Positions 13,965-26,485 of a stretch of DNA of 64,000 bases are shown piece by piece. The notes beneath the pieces are model-generated. The model was not told the origin of the DNA, made no database searches, and saw only the letters and a list, made by a program, of their open reading frames with translations. Made by a program: the position numbers and the translations under genes. The DNA comes from the human T2T-CHM13v2.0 reference genome, Homo sapiens: NCBI RefSeq assembly GCF_009914755.1, contig NC_060926.1. One strand, written 5' to 3'. Numbering within the stretch: position 1 is the stretch's first letter; each line of letters begins with the position of its first letter.

Positions 13965-14550
13965 TGGGTTAAAAATCTAAATTTCTTACCAGAACTCACA
14001 GGCCCCCCATGAAATGGCCCTGCACACCTCTTTGACCCCATCTGTCTAAGTCCACTTCATGTTGCTACAACAGAATACCACAGGGTGGGTAACATATAAA
14101 GATAAAAAATGTATGTCTTACAATTCTGGAGGCTGGGAAGCGCAAGGTGAAGGGGCCCGCATCTGAAAAAGGCAGGCTCTGAGGGCAGAGCTCCAGCACA
14201 CAGTTCTACTTTAATACTTTTTGAATACCCCATGTTTGCTCCTGCTTCCTGATGGTCACATTTGCTGCTTGTCCCTATGAGAACGCACTGCCCACAGATG
14301 TTTTACATAGCTGGCAAAAATTCACCTCTGCTGAGATACCTTCTCTGATATGTTTTATTTTCTTTGTAGTGTCTCTCATTACCTGAAATAACCTGGTTTA
14401 TTTATTGATTTAGGTATTTACTGTCTGACTCCCCAAAGAGAATGGAATCTTCATGAGAGAAGGCATTCTATTCATCCCGTGCACCATCATATACCCAAGG
14501 TCTAGTTTTGTGCCTAGCCTATGGTTAATTTTTAAACAATCAACCAATAA
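13965..14550 (+). mobile_element. L2 fragment with nested MST-type LTR piece (~14043-14175)
   Basis: L2 3' motifs; insert gttgctacaacagaataccacag...ttctggaggctgggaag. Confidence 0.6.
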
Positions 14551-15464
14551 CTTATTTTCAATGTTTTTATTGATTTTAAGCTCCTTCAAAGACAGAAACT
14601 TTATATTTTCTTTCTTATTTTTTGCATTCTCCACAGAGTAAAGGAGCAAACTGTATTATACCTAGTACATAATCTATAATTATGCCTTGATTGTTGACTA
14701 TTAAAGTAATTAATTAGTCATAAACACTTTAGATTGAAGTACTTCACTAACATCTTTCTAACTTAGGTCATTCAAGAGTGAAAGAGTCATTTACTATTGG
14801 TTTGTCTAAAAACACAAGCCTGTGAGATCTTACATTATTTCCCATAGAAGCAAGGCTTTCTTCTCTGAAAAATACATAGAACTTGTTATGCTCTTTTTAT
14901 CTGATCTTTGCAAAAATAAACCAGTCCTTATTAAAGATATGCAGCTGAATACTTTCAGAGTGATGAAAAAAATCACACAATTTTGGCAATACTTTGTATG
15001 TAGATAATTAGGCTCCATCTACGAAAACAAAACATTTTGAAGCAAAATCAAATTTGTGATTTAAAAAAAAATTTAAATACCCCTTCTACAAAATGCAGCA
15101 TAGCACCCATTATTGAACTTATCAACACAGATCTACAAACCAGACTAGTCCAGTTTTTCTTCTTTTGGAATACTTTCATACCCAAAGGAGATGAGGCAGT
15201 TGCCATAATTATTTTTCTCTCCAAAGCCATCCTTGGTACTCAATGAAGCCTGCAATCCTGTCTAAACGTGCTACCAGAAGTGGTGTAGAGATTGACTCTA
15301 ACCACAACTTTCTTCAAGAAATTCTAACAATGAACTTGCTTGAAATTGTCGAAGTTATCTGTTCTTGACTGATAGAATTTTCTAATTGTTATACTCTGTG
15401 TATTTTTTTTTTAGGGGAGGTCTCTTATACAGGTTTATATATTCTGTAAGAATAAAGAACGAGC

Positions 15465-15806
15465 GGCCCGACGCGGTGGCTCAAGCCTGTAATCCCAGCA
15501 CTTTGGGAGGCCGAGGTGGGCGGATCACGAGGTCAAGAAATTGAGACCATCCTGGCTAACACGGTGAAACCCCATCTCTACTAAAAATACAAAAAACTAG
15601 CCGGGCATGGTAGCGGGCGCCTGTAGTCCCAGCTACTCCGGAGGCTGAGGCAGGAGAATGGCACGAACCCGGGAGGCGGGGCTTGCAGTGAGCCGGAGTT
15701 GGCAGTGAGCCGAGATCGGCAGTGAGCCGAGATCGCGCCACTGCACTCCAGCCTGGGCGACAGAGCGAGACTCCGTCTCAATAAAAAATAAAATAAAATA
15801 AAAAAT
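15465..15806 (+). mobile_element. AluY with internal 17-bp triplication
   Basis: accatcctggctaacacggtg, gcttgcagtgag, CpG-rich; TSD ataaagaacgagc/ataaagaatgtgc. Confidence 0.97.
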
Positions 15807-15870
15807 ATAAAGAATGTGCAATATATATGTTTGCAAGCTCCACAAGGCCTAGGTGCTAACGAAAAGGAAA

Positions 15871-16070
15871 GAGGCAGCATGGTGGAAAGAGGTTGGTCCT
15901 GGACTTTGGATAATTCTGGATCCAAACCTGTGCTATGACCCTGACTGACACGTGATCTGAGGAAAGTTAATCAACTGCTCTTAATCTCTATTGGTCCAAT
16001 TATGAAAACCAAAGTTAATTATACTATACAGTTATAGTGAAACGTTAATGCAATAATAAATGATGAGAAA
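15871..16070 (+). mobile_element. MIR SINE
   Basis: gaggcagcatggtggaaagag ... gtgatctgaggaaagttaatcaac. Confidence 0.6.
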
Positions 16071-18164
16071 CATTCCTTAACATAACCCAAATGATTTAAT
16101 TACATTCCCCTCCATGACAATGTTTTATAGTGAATGAAGAGTTCTAATGGCCACACTGCTGTGTACTGAGTTGCTACTGAGATCCCAGCACTGTTCTAAC
16201 TATGCCAGAAGCTTCTGATACTGCACTTACTTTATTACACCTTATGTACCCATGTATGTGCTTATTCTCCATTAAACTTGGACTCTCAAAGGACAAAATC
16301 CTTTATAAAGGCTTATAAAGGTTTATATAATAAAGAATTATATGATATATAATTATTATATAATGAGTATAAACTATTTATATAATAAAAAATTCATTTA
16401 TTCTTCTCTGTTTCTAGCACAGTGAATGGAGTGAATCAATCACTATAATCACTGCCCTCTAGTCTCCTCAATGAATACATCTGGATTAATAATTGAAACT
16501 GTGTCTAGGTCAGTGGATGTCTACCATACTCCTTACTTGCAATAAGATTCTGTACTTTCATTTTCAGTGAGAAACAAGTTGTCATTTTTGTGACTTCTCG
16601 GTCAACCAATTTCAAGTATTTTTAGACCATGTATAACATTAGTAGAGAGGAGATAAATGGTAGAAAAAATGTTCTTTTCTAATGAGTCACTGGACTGGTG
16701 ATCTGCTCTATGATGGTAAAAGGCACATTAGTGATTTACATTAAGTAGATACTTGATATTGTCCTTGGATTTTAGGTTCAGAAATTGTTAGCAAATGATG
16801 TAAAAATGACCAGGGGAAGCCAAGAGAAGTTATTAGTCATTTTGCCTAAGTCAGACAAAATGTATTTGAAGAAATTATGAATCCAAAAATGCCGACTCCA
16901 TTACTGAGGATCCTAAACATTCACAACCCTTAAGAAGATGGGTAGTCTGAAGTCACACAGATCTTCAAAATACCGGTAATCTGAGCTGAGAAGTATTGGG
17001 CAGAAACATGGACTGAAAGTTCTGCTTCAAGTAAATTATTTCATGATGAATATGCTCTTGAAGAGGTAGGTGAAAACTGAGTATATTCCTAATAGTGAGG
17101 AAAATTATTAAAGTAAGGCAGGAATAATTTGATAAATGGGGGCTTATACAGTCTGAGAAAATAAAAAGAAACAAAGACCTTGGCAGAAACTGCAGAAGAG
17201 GAGGGCAGGGGCCATCTCCAGCATCAGTACAGGTCTGTTGCACCTATGAAGGCATGTTTAGGGTCCATCCTGCTTTCTTTTAAGGACACAACTATAAAAA
17301 TTAATATAGGAACAAATAAGTTTTTTTGAACTTGTCCAATATAGTGTCTGATTAAGCTAAATGAATGTTGCTTAAAAAGCATGGGGAATTTATCTTAAGA
17401 GTTTTAAAGTGAGCAAGTAGAAAAGGAAAGTACAAGAGACAAGGAGTTTCCCTGGCCCCATTGCCTATAAACTCGTCTTCTCATCGGTTTCTCTCTTTTT
17501 GATTTATACCCACTTTTTGGAATGACGATCTCTAGTCTAGGATGACGACGTTTGAGAAAGCTTTAACCCCAATTCTTTCTCAAAAAAACATTGAAAAGAC
17601 ATGGACAAGACATGGACTAACACATTGTTTTCTGTGTTCTTACATTTCTTCTCTTACTGCTTTTATTTCTTCCCCTCTTTTTCTTCAAAAATATAATTAA
17701 ACTACAATCTGCTTTGGAATTACTCTCTATTCCCTCACGATTCAATTATATACACAGTATTCATCTCTCTACCTTACTAATTATTGGGCCTTAATTCTTC
17801 CTTCAAGGAACATCTGAAGTATTTTCCTCCTTCATGGAATTTCTAGTTTATTGCAGCTCAGAGTTCTGCCTCTTCTATAATTTACACTATTTAATCACTT
17901 AGCAATAAGATTATATATTGTTATTTTTATAATATATACTATACATAGTATACCTTTTACATATTATAGTTATTATACAATAAATAAGATTATATATTTC
18001 ACAATATGAAGTATTTGAATTTTTGTATTAAATTTTATGTTTTAATATAGTTACCATTTCATGTTTCTTATATTTATATTTTCCAGCAAACAAAGGCTAT
18101 GGATTCAATTCTTTGTGTTTCCCACAGTAGTCTGACCCATAGCTGTATTCAAAAACAGACACTA

Positions 18165-18516
<352 letters not shown>

Positions 18517-20099
18517 TTATAATTGGTTCATTTGTATTTAATCAGTTCCTATGTTCCTATGTTATTCTATATTGTACCTAAATTGTTATCCAGGAAGATA
18601 AAGACTGAGCACATTATTTGTGATTCTATCACTCAGAGCTCCTAAATTGCCATAAGCAGTATTGACTTACTGGTCATAGAGAACTAATATAGAAAATAAC
18701 AGTGGGGGAAATTAAAGAAATTTAAAGCATGATACAGGAGCCCATTGAAAAAGCGTTTTATTTTGCTTAGTGGTGATAAAGCTGTTTTGAAAGTAGAACA
18801 TCAGTCTGACCTCGGAAAATCATTTAAATTCTAGTATCCACTTATTGATGATGAGAAAAAATACTGCCCATGTTTAGAGGCCCTAGAAAATTAAATTATG
18901 CAGATTAAGTTTACCCCCTTTAGACAACACTGGAGACCTTTCCCCCTGAGAACTGTTCTGCTAGCTTAAATAAATGTTTCTAGAATAAAGAAGTGTTAGC
19001 TATCAACAGTCTCTTAGATCTTAGGTTTCCTCGGCCTTCAGAAGCACTTTCTAATACCTTTCTGAACATATGTTCCTCACTTAAATGAGTCTAAATACAT
19101 TAATTTTGAAAAATGTGTATCTAAATATGGAACAGATGGACACTTTGATGGTGATTTATGAGCAGGGACTTTTCAGCAGTTGCCTTTCTAGTAACCCATG
19201 CTTTATCTTCTTCATCTAATTACATGCCAGCATGTGCAAAGTGGAAAGGTTGGTCAGTTTCAGAGAAAATACAAACATATTTACATTATTCTTCCCTGTT
19301 TTTCTAGTTTCCCTACCCACCTACAGACAGGTGCTATTAGGCTAGCAGTGGTATAAGGGAACATTGTTAGCACCATGACCTTGAACAAGTAATTAAATCT
19401 TATTTCATTCAAAAAATGAGTCCCTCTTTGTGTCAGATATTGTGTTAGACTCTAAGGATGGGAAAATGAGCAAAGCATTGACCACATTTTCATTTGTATT
19501 TTTCTGTTTATGGAGGAACATAACTGAGTAATAGGCAACTAAAATTTCTAACTCTATTTCATTGCTGTTTTCAATAAACATAAAAGGATCTCAGTAAACT
19601 GTAAAACATTATACAACCATTCATATCATTGTAGCTCATCCATAAACACACATAATTTTCCATATTCAGAATATTTTGGACACAAAGGCCTAAATTGTCA
19701 AAGAAAAGTTTCTGGTTAACAAATAAACTTTTGCCTGAGATTGAAAAGATAAAGATCGAATAGAAGCTCATCTAAATTATCACACTCACTAATAAGTTCT
19801 CCATTCCCAGTGTAATTTTAGCATGAATAATTCACTTTTAGATAAGATTCTCTGCCTTGTTTACAAACGTCATAATATAAAAATCTGTGCAATGGATTGT
19901 ATAATTCCAAATATTATCTGCCTCTCCTTCTGGGATAATTATACTTCCCTGCTTCATGGATATCAGGCTTGGTTCTTAACTTGTTTTGGCCAATAAAATG
20001 TGAGCAGAAGCGACGTATGCCTCTTCTAAGCAGGAATTTAAGAGTCATTGTGTGTTCCATCACCTTATTTTTCCCACTATCAAAACACCATATCATCCA

Positions 20100-20485
20100 G
20101 GTCAACATATAAAATACAGATAAATTAGTAGAATTAGTAAGTGAATTGAAGAAAGCTGCTTTATAATCAACCAATATAAAAATTCATTACATTTCTAGAT
20201 ACCAGCAACAAAATGTGAGAAAACTAAATTTATTTTTAAAAAGATGTCTCCAAACTCAATGAGAAAGCTTTCAACACTAAGAATATATAAGATTTTTAAA
20301 AATGTTTTACAAATGCCCTTTTTACAAGTTAAAGATGTTCTCTCCCCTTCTATTTCTAGTTTAAGAATTTTTGTTATTTTTTAATTTATCAAGTGCTTTT
20401 TCTGCATATATTAAGATAAATTATATAATTTTCTCCTTCATTCTGTTAATGCAATAGTTACATTGATTTTAAGATGTTAAACCAA
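20100..20485. mobile_element. Old L1M ORF2 fragments in opposite orientations
   Basis: + piece catttctagataccagcaaca; - piece gctttttctgcatatattaagata...ttctgttaatg. Confidence 0.55.
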
Positions 20486-20489
20486 TCAG

Positions 20490-20650
20490 CTGAAACCCAT
20501 ATGAAGAAGAGACTATTATTATCCCTGTTTCATAGAGGAAGAAACTGTGACACAGAGATGACAATATCTTGTCCAAGGTCACAGAGCTGGCAAGTAGTGA
20601 AGCCAGAATTTGAACCCAAACGCCCTGGTTCTAGTAGAGATGCTACACTT
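20490..20650 (-). mobile_element. MIR SINE
   Basis: gaagaaactgtgacacagaga...cttgtccaaggtcacagagctggcaagt. Confidence 0.75.
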
Positions 20651-20879
20651 ATCCGTGGAGTTTACTTCCAATTATCACCCTGGCACCTCATCAACTTTTA
20701 TTAGATTATAAGAAGAATGATAAAACTATTATGTCTGCAATAGCTTTTATGTGCATAAAGCAATCACAGAAACCTATGGATAAACCTGAAAGAACCATCA
20801 ACTGTAGCAAAGCATTCACCACATTTTCATTTGTATTTTTCTGTTTATTGGGGAGCACAAATGAGTAACAGGAAAACTG

Positions 20880-21754
20880 ATTAATATAGATCTGAGATCT
20901 ATAATCCTGAGATCTATAAATTTGGAGACTTTATTTCTTATAAAAGATTACAGACAACAAGGCAGCTTTCCTGACAGGCTGAGAAGCATAACTTTTGGTA
21001 GAGCCCAGAAACAGGCACTTTGGAGGAGGATGGGTTGCTGCAGGAGCTTTACAATGAATGGGTTGGCTAAACATACATATTCAACAGGTTATTGGAAGAG
21101 CTATGAATGTTCATAAAGTAGGGTGGGGGGGTCACGCACATGCACGGTAAGCAAACATGAATGTTACGTGTGTCCCATGTTCACTTTGGGGTGGAGACTT
21201 AACATTTAAATGCATTACAGTTAGGTTCTACATGTAAAAAGGCAAAGCAGGGACATGAAAACACTGCACAGCCTCTGTAAATTGGCCAGAAGCAGTCCAT
21301 GGTCTCCATGGTCATGGTCTGTTGTCAGGAAAAAGTTACAGAAATCAGTCTCTTGTCCAATCAAAGCTACAGTTATGGCTTGTGGACCAGGGAAGCTCTT
21401 AGTCAGTGTTTGATGGTGGATGAGCTACAGTGCTTCAACATTACTTATCTCAAGGGTAGTGCTTGTCTAGCTGCTAGAGAAAAACAACAAAAAAACCCTG
21501 TGGCAATTAAAACATAGTTTATTCTTTAAGTGTAGGGGTGCATGACTTAACCCTTGCCTGGCATGGCATTAGGTCTTATTTATCATTTAGTATCTTATTG
21601 CCAATAAAGAGTCAATTCTGTCAGTCTTATGGTCTCTATTTTAACATTAATGCTGGTAGGGAACTCAGTTTTTAAGGTTTCTCTGGGGTCCCTTTGGCCA
21701 AAACGGTGTTTGTTTAATTGTTTGAGGGGCTTAGAATTTTCATTCTAATTCTCA
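20880..21754 (-). mobile_element. ERV1 solo LTR, MER4 family
   Basis: Reverse strand starts tgagaattagaatgaaaattctaagcccc...ggccaaagggaccccagagaaaccttaaaaactgagttc; aataaa near its 3' end. Confidence 0.85.
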
Positions 21755-21838
21755 TAACACATAGTAAGAGTGCTACATCAATTGAAAAACTGGAAGATCT
21801 CTAAACAGAAAAACTAATCATATTATAGTCTTACTTCT

Positions 21839-22264
21839 TGATATGATTTGGATCCGTGTCCCCACCAAATCTCATGTTGAATTGTAATCCCCCGTGTTGA
21901 AGGTGGGCCCTGGTGGGAGGTGATTGGATCATGGGGGTAGAGTTCTCATGAATAGTTTAGCACCATCACCCTTGGTCACAATAGTGAGTGAGTTCTCATG
22001 AGATCCATTTATTCAGAAGTGTGTGGCACCTCCTCTCTCTCTCTCTTCCTCCTTCTCCAGCCATGTAAGAATATCTGCTTCCCCTTAGCCTTCTGCTGTA
22101 ATTGAAAGTCTCCTGAGGTGAGGCCTTCCCAGAAGCCACTATGCTCCCTATACAGCCTGCAGAACTGTGAGCCAATTAAACCTCTTTTCTTTATAAATTA
22201 TCCATTTCAGGTATTTCTCTGTCCCAGGTATTTCTCTATAGCAATGAGAGAACAGACTAATACA
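21839..22264 (+). mobile_element. MaLR solo LTR, MSTA-like
   Basis: tgatatgatttggat...cagcctgcagaactgtgagccaattaaacctcttttc...actaataca. Confidence 0.9.
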
Positions 22265-22378
22265 CCTCAATAGATATCTTAGTTGAGATGTTAAGAAGCT
22301 ATTGAATTATTTGAATTTGCAATATGTTGGAATGGAAAATGCTCTAAATACAAATGACTATGAAGGGGACAACATTGA

Positions 22379-22931
22379 TGTGTGAGTTATTTATTGCTGT
22401 GTAAAAAAAATTACTTTAAAATTGGTGTCTTAAAACAACAAGCACTTATTATCTAATGGCTTTTAATGGGTCAGGAATTTGGGAGAGGACTGGTCCAACA
22501 GTCTGTTTCAGGGTCTCTCATGAGTTTGGGGTCCGATCTCAGCTAGAATGGCAATCATCTAAAGACTTGCCTGGGGCTGAATGATTTGCTTCTAAGATGA
22601 CTGGTTGATAGGAGGCCTCAGTTCCTGACTATATGAACTTCATAGGGCTGCTTGAGTAATCTCACTGCCAGGCAGTGGGCTTTCCCCAAAGTGATCCAAC
22701 ATAAAGAGCAATCAAGATAGAAACCACTATGCTTCTTTTCTGTCTATCACAAATTCTGCTTTGTATTTTTCTGCAGTGCAGTTTTTTCTGCACATCCATC
22801 TCTGTACTTCATAACTTTTGCTTTATTCTATTTATTAGAAGCATCATTAACTCCAGCCTATACTCAAGAGACACTCCATCTCTTGAAGGGACAATTAACA
22901 AAGAACTTGTAGACATACTTTTAAAACCCCA
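22379..22931 (-). mobile_element. MaLR solo LTR, MLT1F-like
   Basis: tattgctgtgtaa...cttaaaacaaca...gggtcaggaatttgggag...ttttaaaaccc. Confidence 0.75.
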
Positions 22932-23311
22932 TAGTTGGCAAATGTTTTTTAATTGGAAGAGAACTCATTTGTGTTTGCCTTCTCCAATCATTCCTATTAT
23001 TATCATTGAGAAATCTGTACCTTGATCATTCATAAGAAAATACTCAGCTTTTAGAAGCTTACTATCACTTTGTTTCTTATAGTTGGTATTTTTAAAAGAA
23101 TTACGGAAGAAAGGAAACTTGGATAGATTTAGGACTTAGCATAGAATGTAGCCCATTGTTTAAATCAAGAATTGGGGATATTGGTTCTCTATTTCCTTCT
23201 TAGTCTAAACTTATCTTTTTCTCAAGGATAATTGATTTATTTATTCATTTTATTATTCATTTATTTTTATCATTTGTAAGTTTAATTATTTAAACTGGTT
23301 TTACACATTAG

Positions 23312-23624
<313 letters not shown>

Positions 23625-25836
23625 ATTTTTTTAAAAATTGATTTTAAAAAAGAAAGACCCACTTTTTATTAACCACTGCAAATGTACACTTTTCCCAAAT
23701 TCAACCTCACCTTGAGGTAAGTTGCTTGTATCAGTTGGGAAGTCTTATTCTTACTGCAGAAAAATATCCATTTTTCAAACTAAAACCTATTTTTCAGAGA
23801 GATATTATATTGGAAAAAAAGGAGAATGACAATTTTCCACCTGTGAAAATGACCTGTCAGTGGCATGAAGAGATATGATATTTGAGCAGAAAACATTTAT
23901 TTCAACATGTTCCCCAGGTTGAGAAAATTTTCTTCTATCTTATCCTTGAAACACTTAATCCGCATCAAGGACTTTAGGCAGCTAGGATAAAATCTCTAGT
24001 CTCTATGTCCTTGACTTGTTTTCAGATATTCAGACTACTTCTCATTGTTGAAATTAGTTTTCTTACTGTTTACAGTGCCTTTTCTCACTACAGATGTGAA
24101 GTTGAAATTCTCAAAGAAACGTTAAAACACACAGCCATGCACAATGTAAAAGAATGTTTCTTGACACATCCTAAATTAAAAATTTTGAGACTTGATAAAT
24201 TAAATATTTTAATATTAAATAAATCTAGTCATAAGAAAATGTGAATGGTATATCATGATCAAAAAAGATGACAAGGATGAATACCCAGCTTGCTTAGTTT
24301 TCAGAATTTTAATTCAGATTGAACCTACTTGGTGGTCAATGTTTAGGACAGAATAAAAAAAGACCCAAAATCTAAGTAATTGAAGAAAAATACCTGTCAT
24401 TCTCTCCCTTTGCATTGTGGCTTAAGGGAAAAAAAAAAAAAAAAGCCTAATTTCATTGTGGTAAGCATAGGGTAAAGAAAAGATCATTGGTATGAATTTT
24501 TGAAGTGTCACAAAAGCAACTTAGACAGAAAGACAAACATTTTTCTATTCTAGAGAATCTTTATTGGTCACTGCATTCTAATCTTGAAAGTAATGGAATG
24601 AAATCAGCATCACATTTCTTCCATCATTCACCTTTGCCTCTGAGCAACTAACCTCTATGAGATGCTACTTTAAATACAGAAAGCTTTAGAGAAGATGCTC
24701 CTTGGCTAAGCACATAATAACATAACTGGACTTCTAGCTAACCACCCTATCAGATGCCCAAAAGATAAAAACACAAGATTCACCTATAGATAACATTAGT
24801 CTTAGGTGAGACCTTTAGGCAGTCTAAACAGTGCATTGCAACGGCCTCAACAATGGCCCTGCTGCCCCCTTGAGTGCACTTGCTGAATTCCTTGGAGAAT
24901 GCTTTTCTTCACAAAGTTTTTAGGGTGAGATGGGATTCTACAGGCATTTAATTGGCAAGAGCTAGAGAAACTTACCTTTCTGAAATTCACCATAAAATCT
25001 CATACAAGGAAGAACAGTAAATCACCCCATATGGTTTTTGAATGCCCTAAACAGTCATAAGTGAAAAACCTGCTTATAATTATCAAAGTCCAGGATCTAA
25101 CGCTATCTTGCATAGGCATAAAACATCTTTTGCAAAGTTTCAATACACACTGCATTTTACAGGACTGTAACTCATTGTAAATCAAGAGAAAAATTCTACC
25201 TTGCTATCTTCAGGAATGTATCAAGAGTTTCTCCTTTGGAAAAACTGTGTCTTTGAGTGTGATGTGGCTCATGGTATTCTAGTTGTCTGTACAAGGAATC
25301 TGTCAGCATGCATGTGCCGCTGTGGCATTCAGTGATTCTAAGGTTAATTACAGGTACAAGCAGCTGGCTGTTTCAAGATATCTTCTAATGTGATCCACCT
25401 GAATATTTAAATATCAAAGAAATAAATAATGTGCTGGTTATTATTTTTAGTTTAAGTTACTTTCCTTTCATTTTTAATTTTATTACATTTAGGGATATGT
25501 TTTTATTTTTGTTGAAATTTGTTATATTATGAAGAGAATTTATTTCAGAATAGCATAGAGGCTGTTTCAAAACAGTTGTTATTAAAAAATAAAGTCCAAT
25601 CAGGGAATGAAAACCACTAGTGAAGAAATTAGAATTTCAGACTGTACTGCTGTTTATTCTGATGTATTGGCATATTTATTAACTGTAATTTGATCTCAAC
25701 ATAATCAGTTTCTCTCTCTCACTGTGTCACTTCTCTCTCTCTCTCTCCTAAAACTCCTAAGGCAATTCCCTCTTTTTCTTTTATCTTTGCTAACTTAAAA
25801 TCATCTATGTTTTAAAAACTGTATTTCTATAATATG

Positions 25837-26074
25837 GAGATATATATAGATATATTATATATTTATATATATATCTATATATATTTATATATCTATATAT
25901 TTATATATTATATATATTTATATATCTCTATATATATTTTATATATATCTATATATATTTATATATCTATATATTTATATATTATATATATTTATATATC
26001 TCTATATATATTTTATATATATCTATATATAGATATATATAAAACAATGACAATTCATATATATATATATATAT
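25837..26074. repeat. Compound (TA)n tract
   Basis: ~240 bp of TATA/TCTA/TTTA units with one non-repeat island at 26041-26056. Confidence 0.95.
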
Positions 26075-26075
26075 C

Positions 26076-26359
26076 TTTTTTTTTGAGATGGAATCAAACT
26101 GTGTCGCCCAGGCTGGAGTGCAATGGCATGATCTGGGCTCACTGCAGCCTCTGCCACCAGAGTTCAAGTGATTCTCAACCTCCTGAGTAGCTGGGATTAC
26201 AAGCACCTGCCACCACGCCTGGCTACTTTTTGTATTTTTAAGAGAGACAGGGTTTCGCCATGTTGGCCAGGCTGATCTTGAACTTCTGACCTCAGGTGAT
26301 CCACCCATGTCGGCCTCCCAAAGTGCTTGGATTACAGGCGTGAGCCACCATGCCCAGCC
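26076..26359 (-). mobile_element. AluS SINE
   Basis: ttttgagatgg...gtgagccaccatgcccagcc. Confidence 0.97.
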
Positions 26360-26409
26360 TATTTCTATAATATGTGTTTTTACAATATAGAAATATAGGG
26401 ATGTAGGAA

Positions 26410-26485
26410 TACATACATACATACATATATACATATATACATATCTGTGTATATCTGTGTGTCTACATATGTGTGTGTGTGTGTA
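26410..26485. repeat. (TACA)n/(TG)n simple repeat
   Basis: Direct reading. Confidence 0.85.

Noticed and set aside
15685-15735. Regular short repeats as a CRISPR-like array
   Set aside because: Spacerless tandem units inside an Alu in primate DNA
23705-23725. Consensus donor gag|gtaagt on +
   Set aside because: No nearby acceptor except within the antisense AluJ; an isolated site is not evidence
25834-26434. 118-aa and 150-aa I/Y-rich ORFs
   Set aside because: Translation of the TA microsatellite plus Alu
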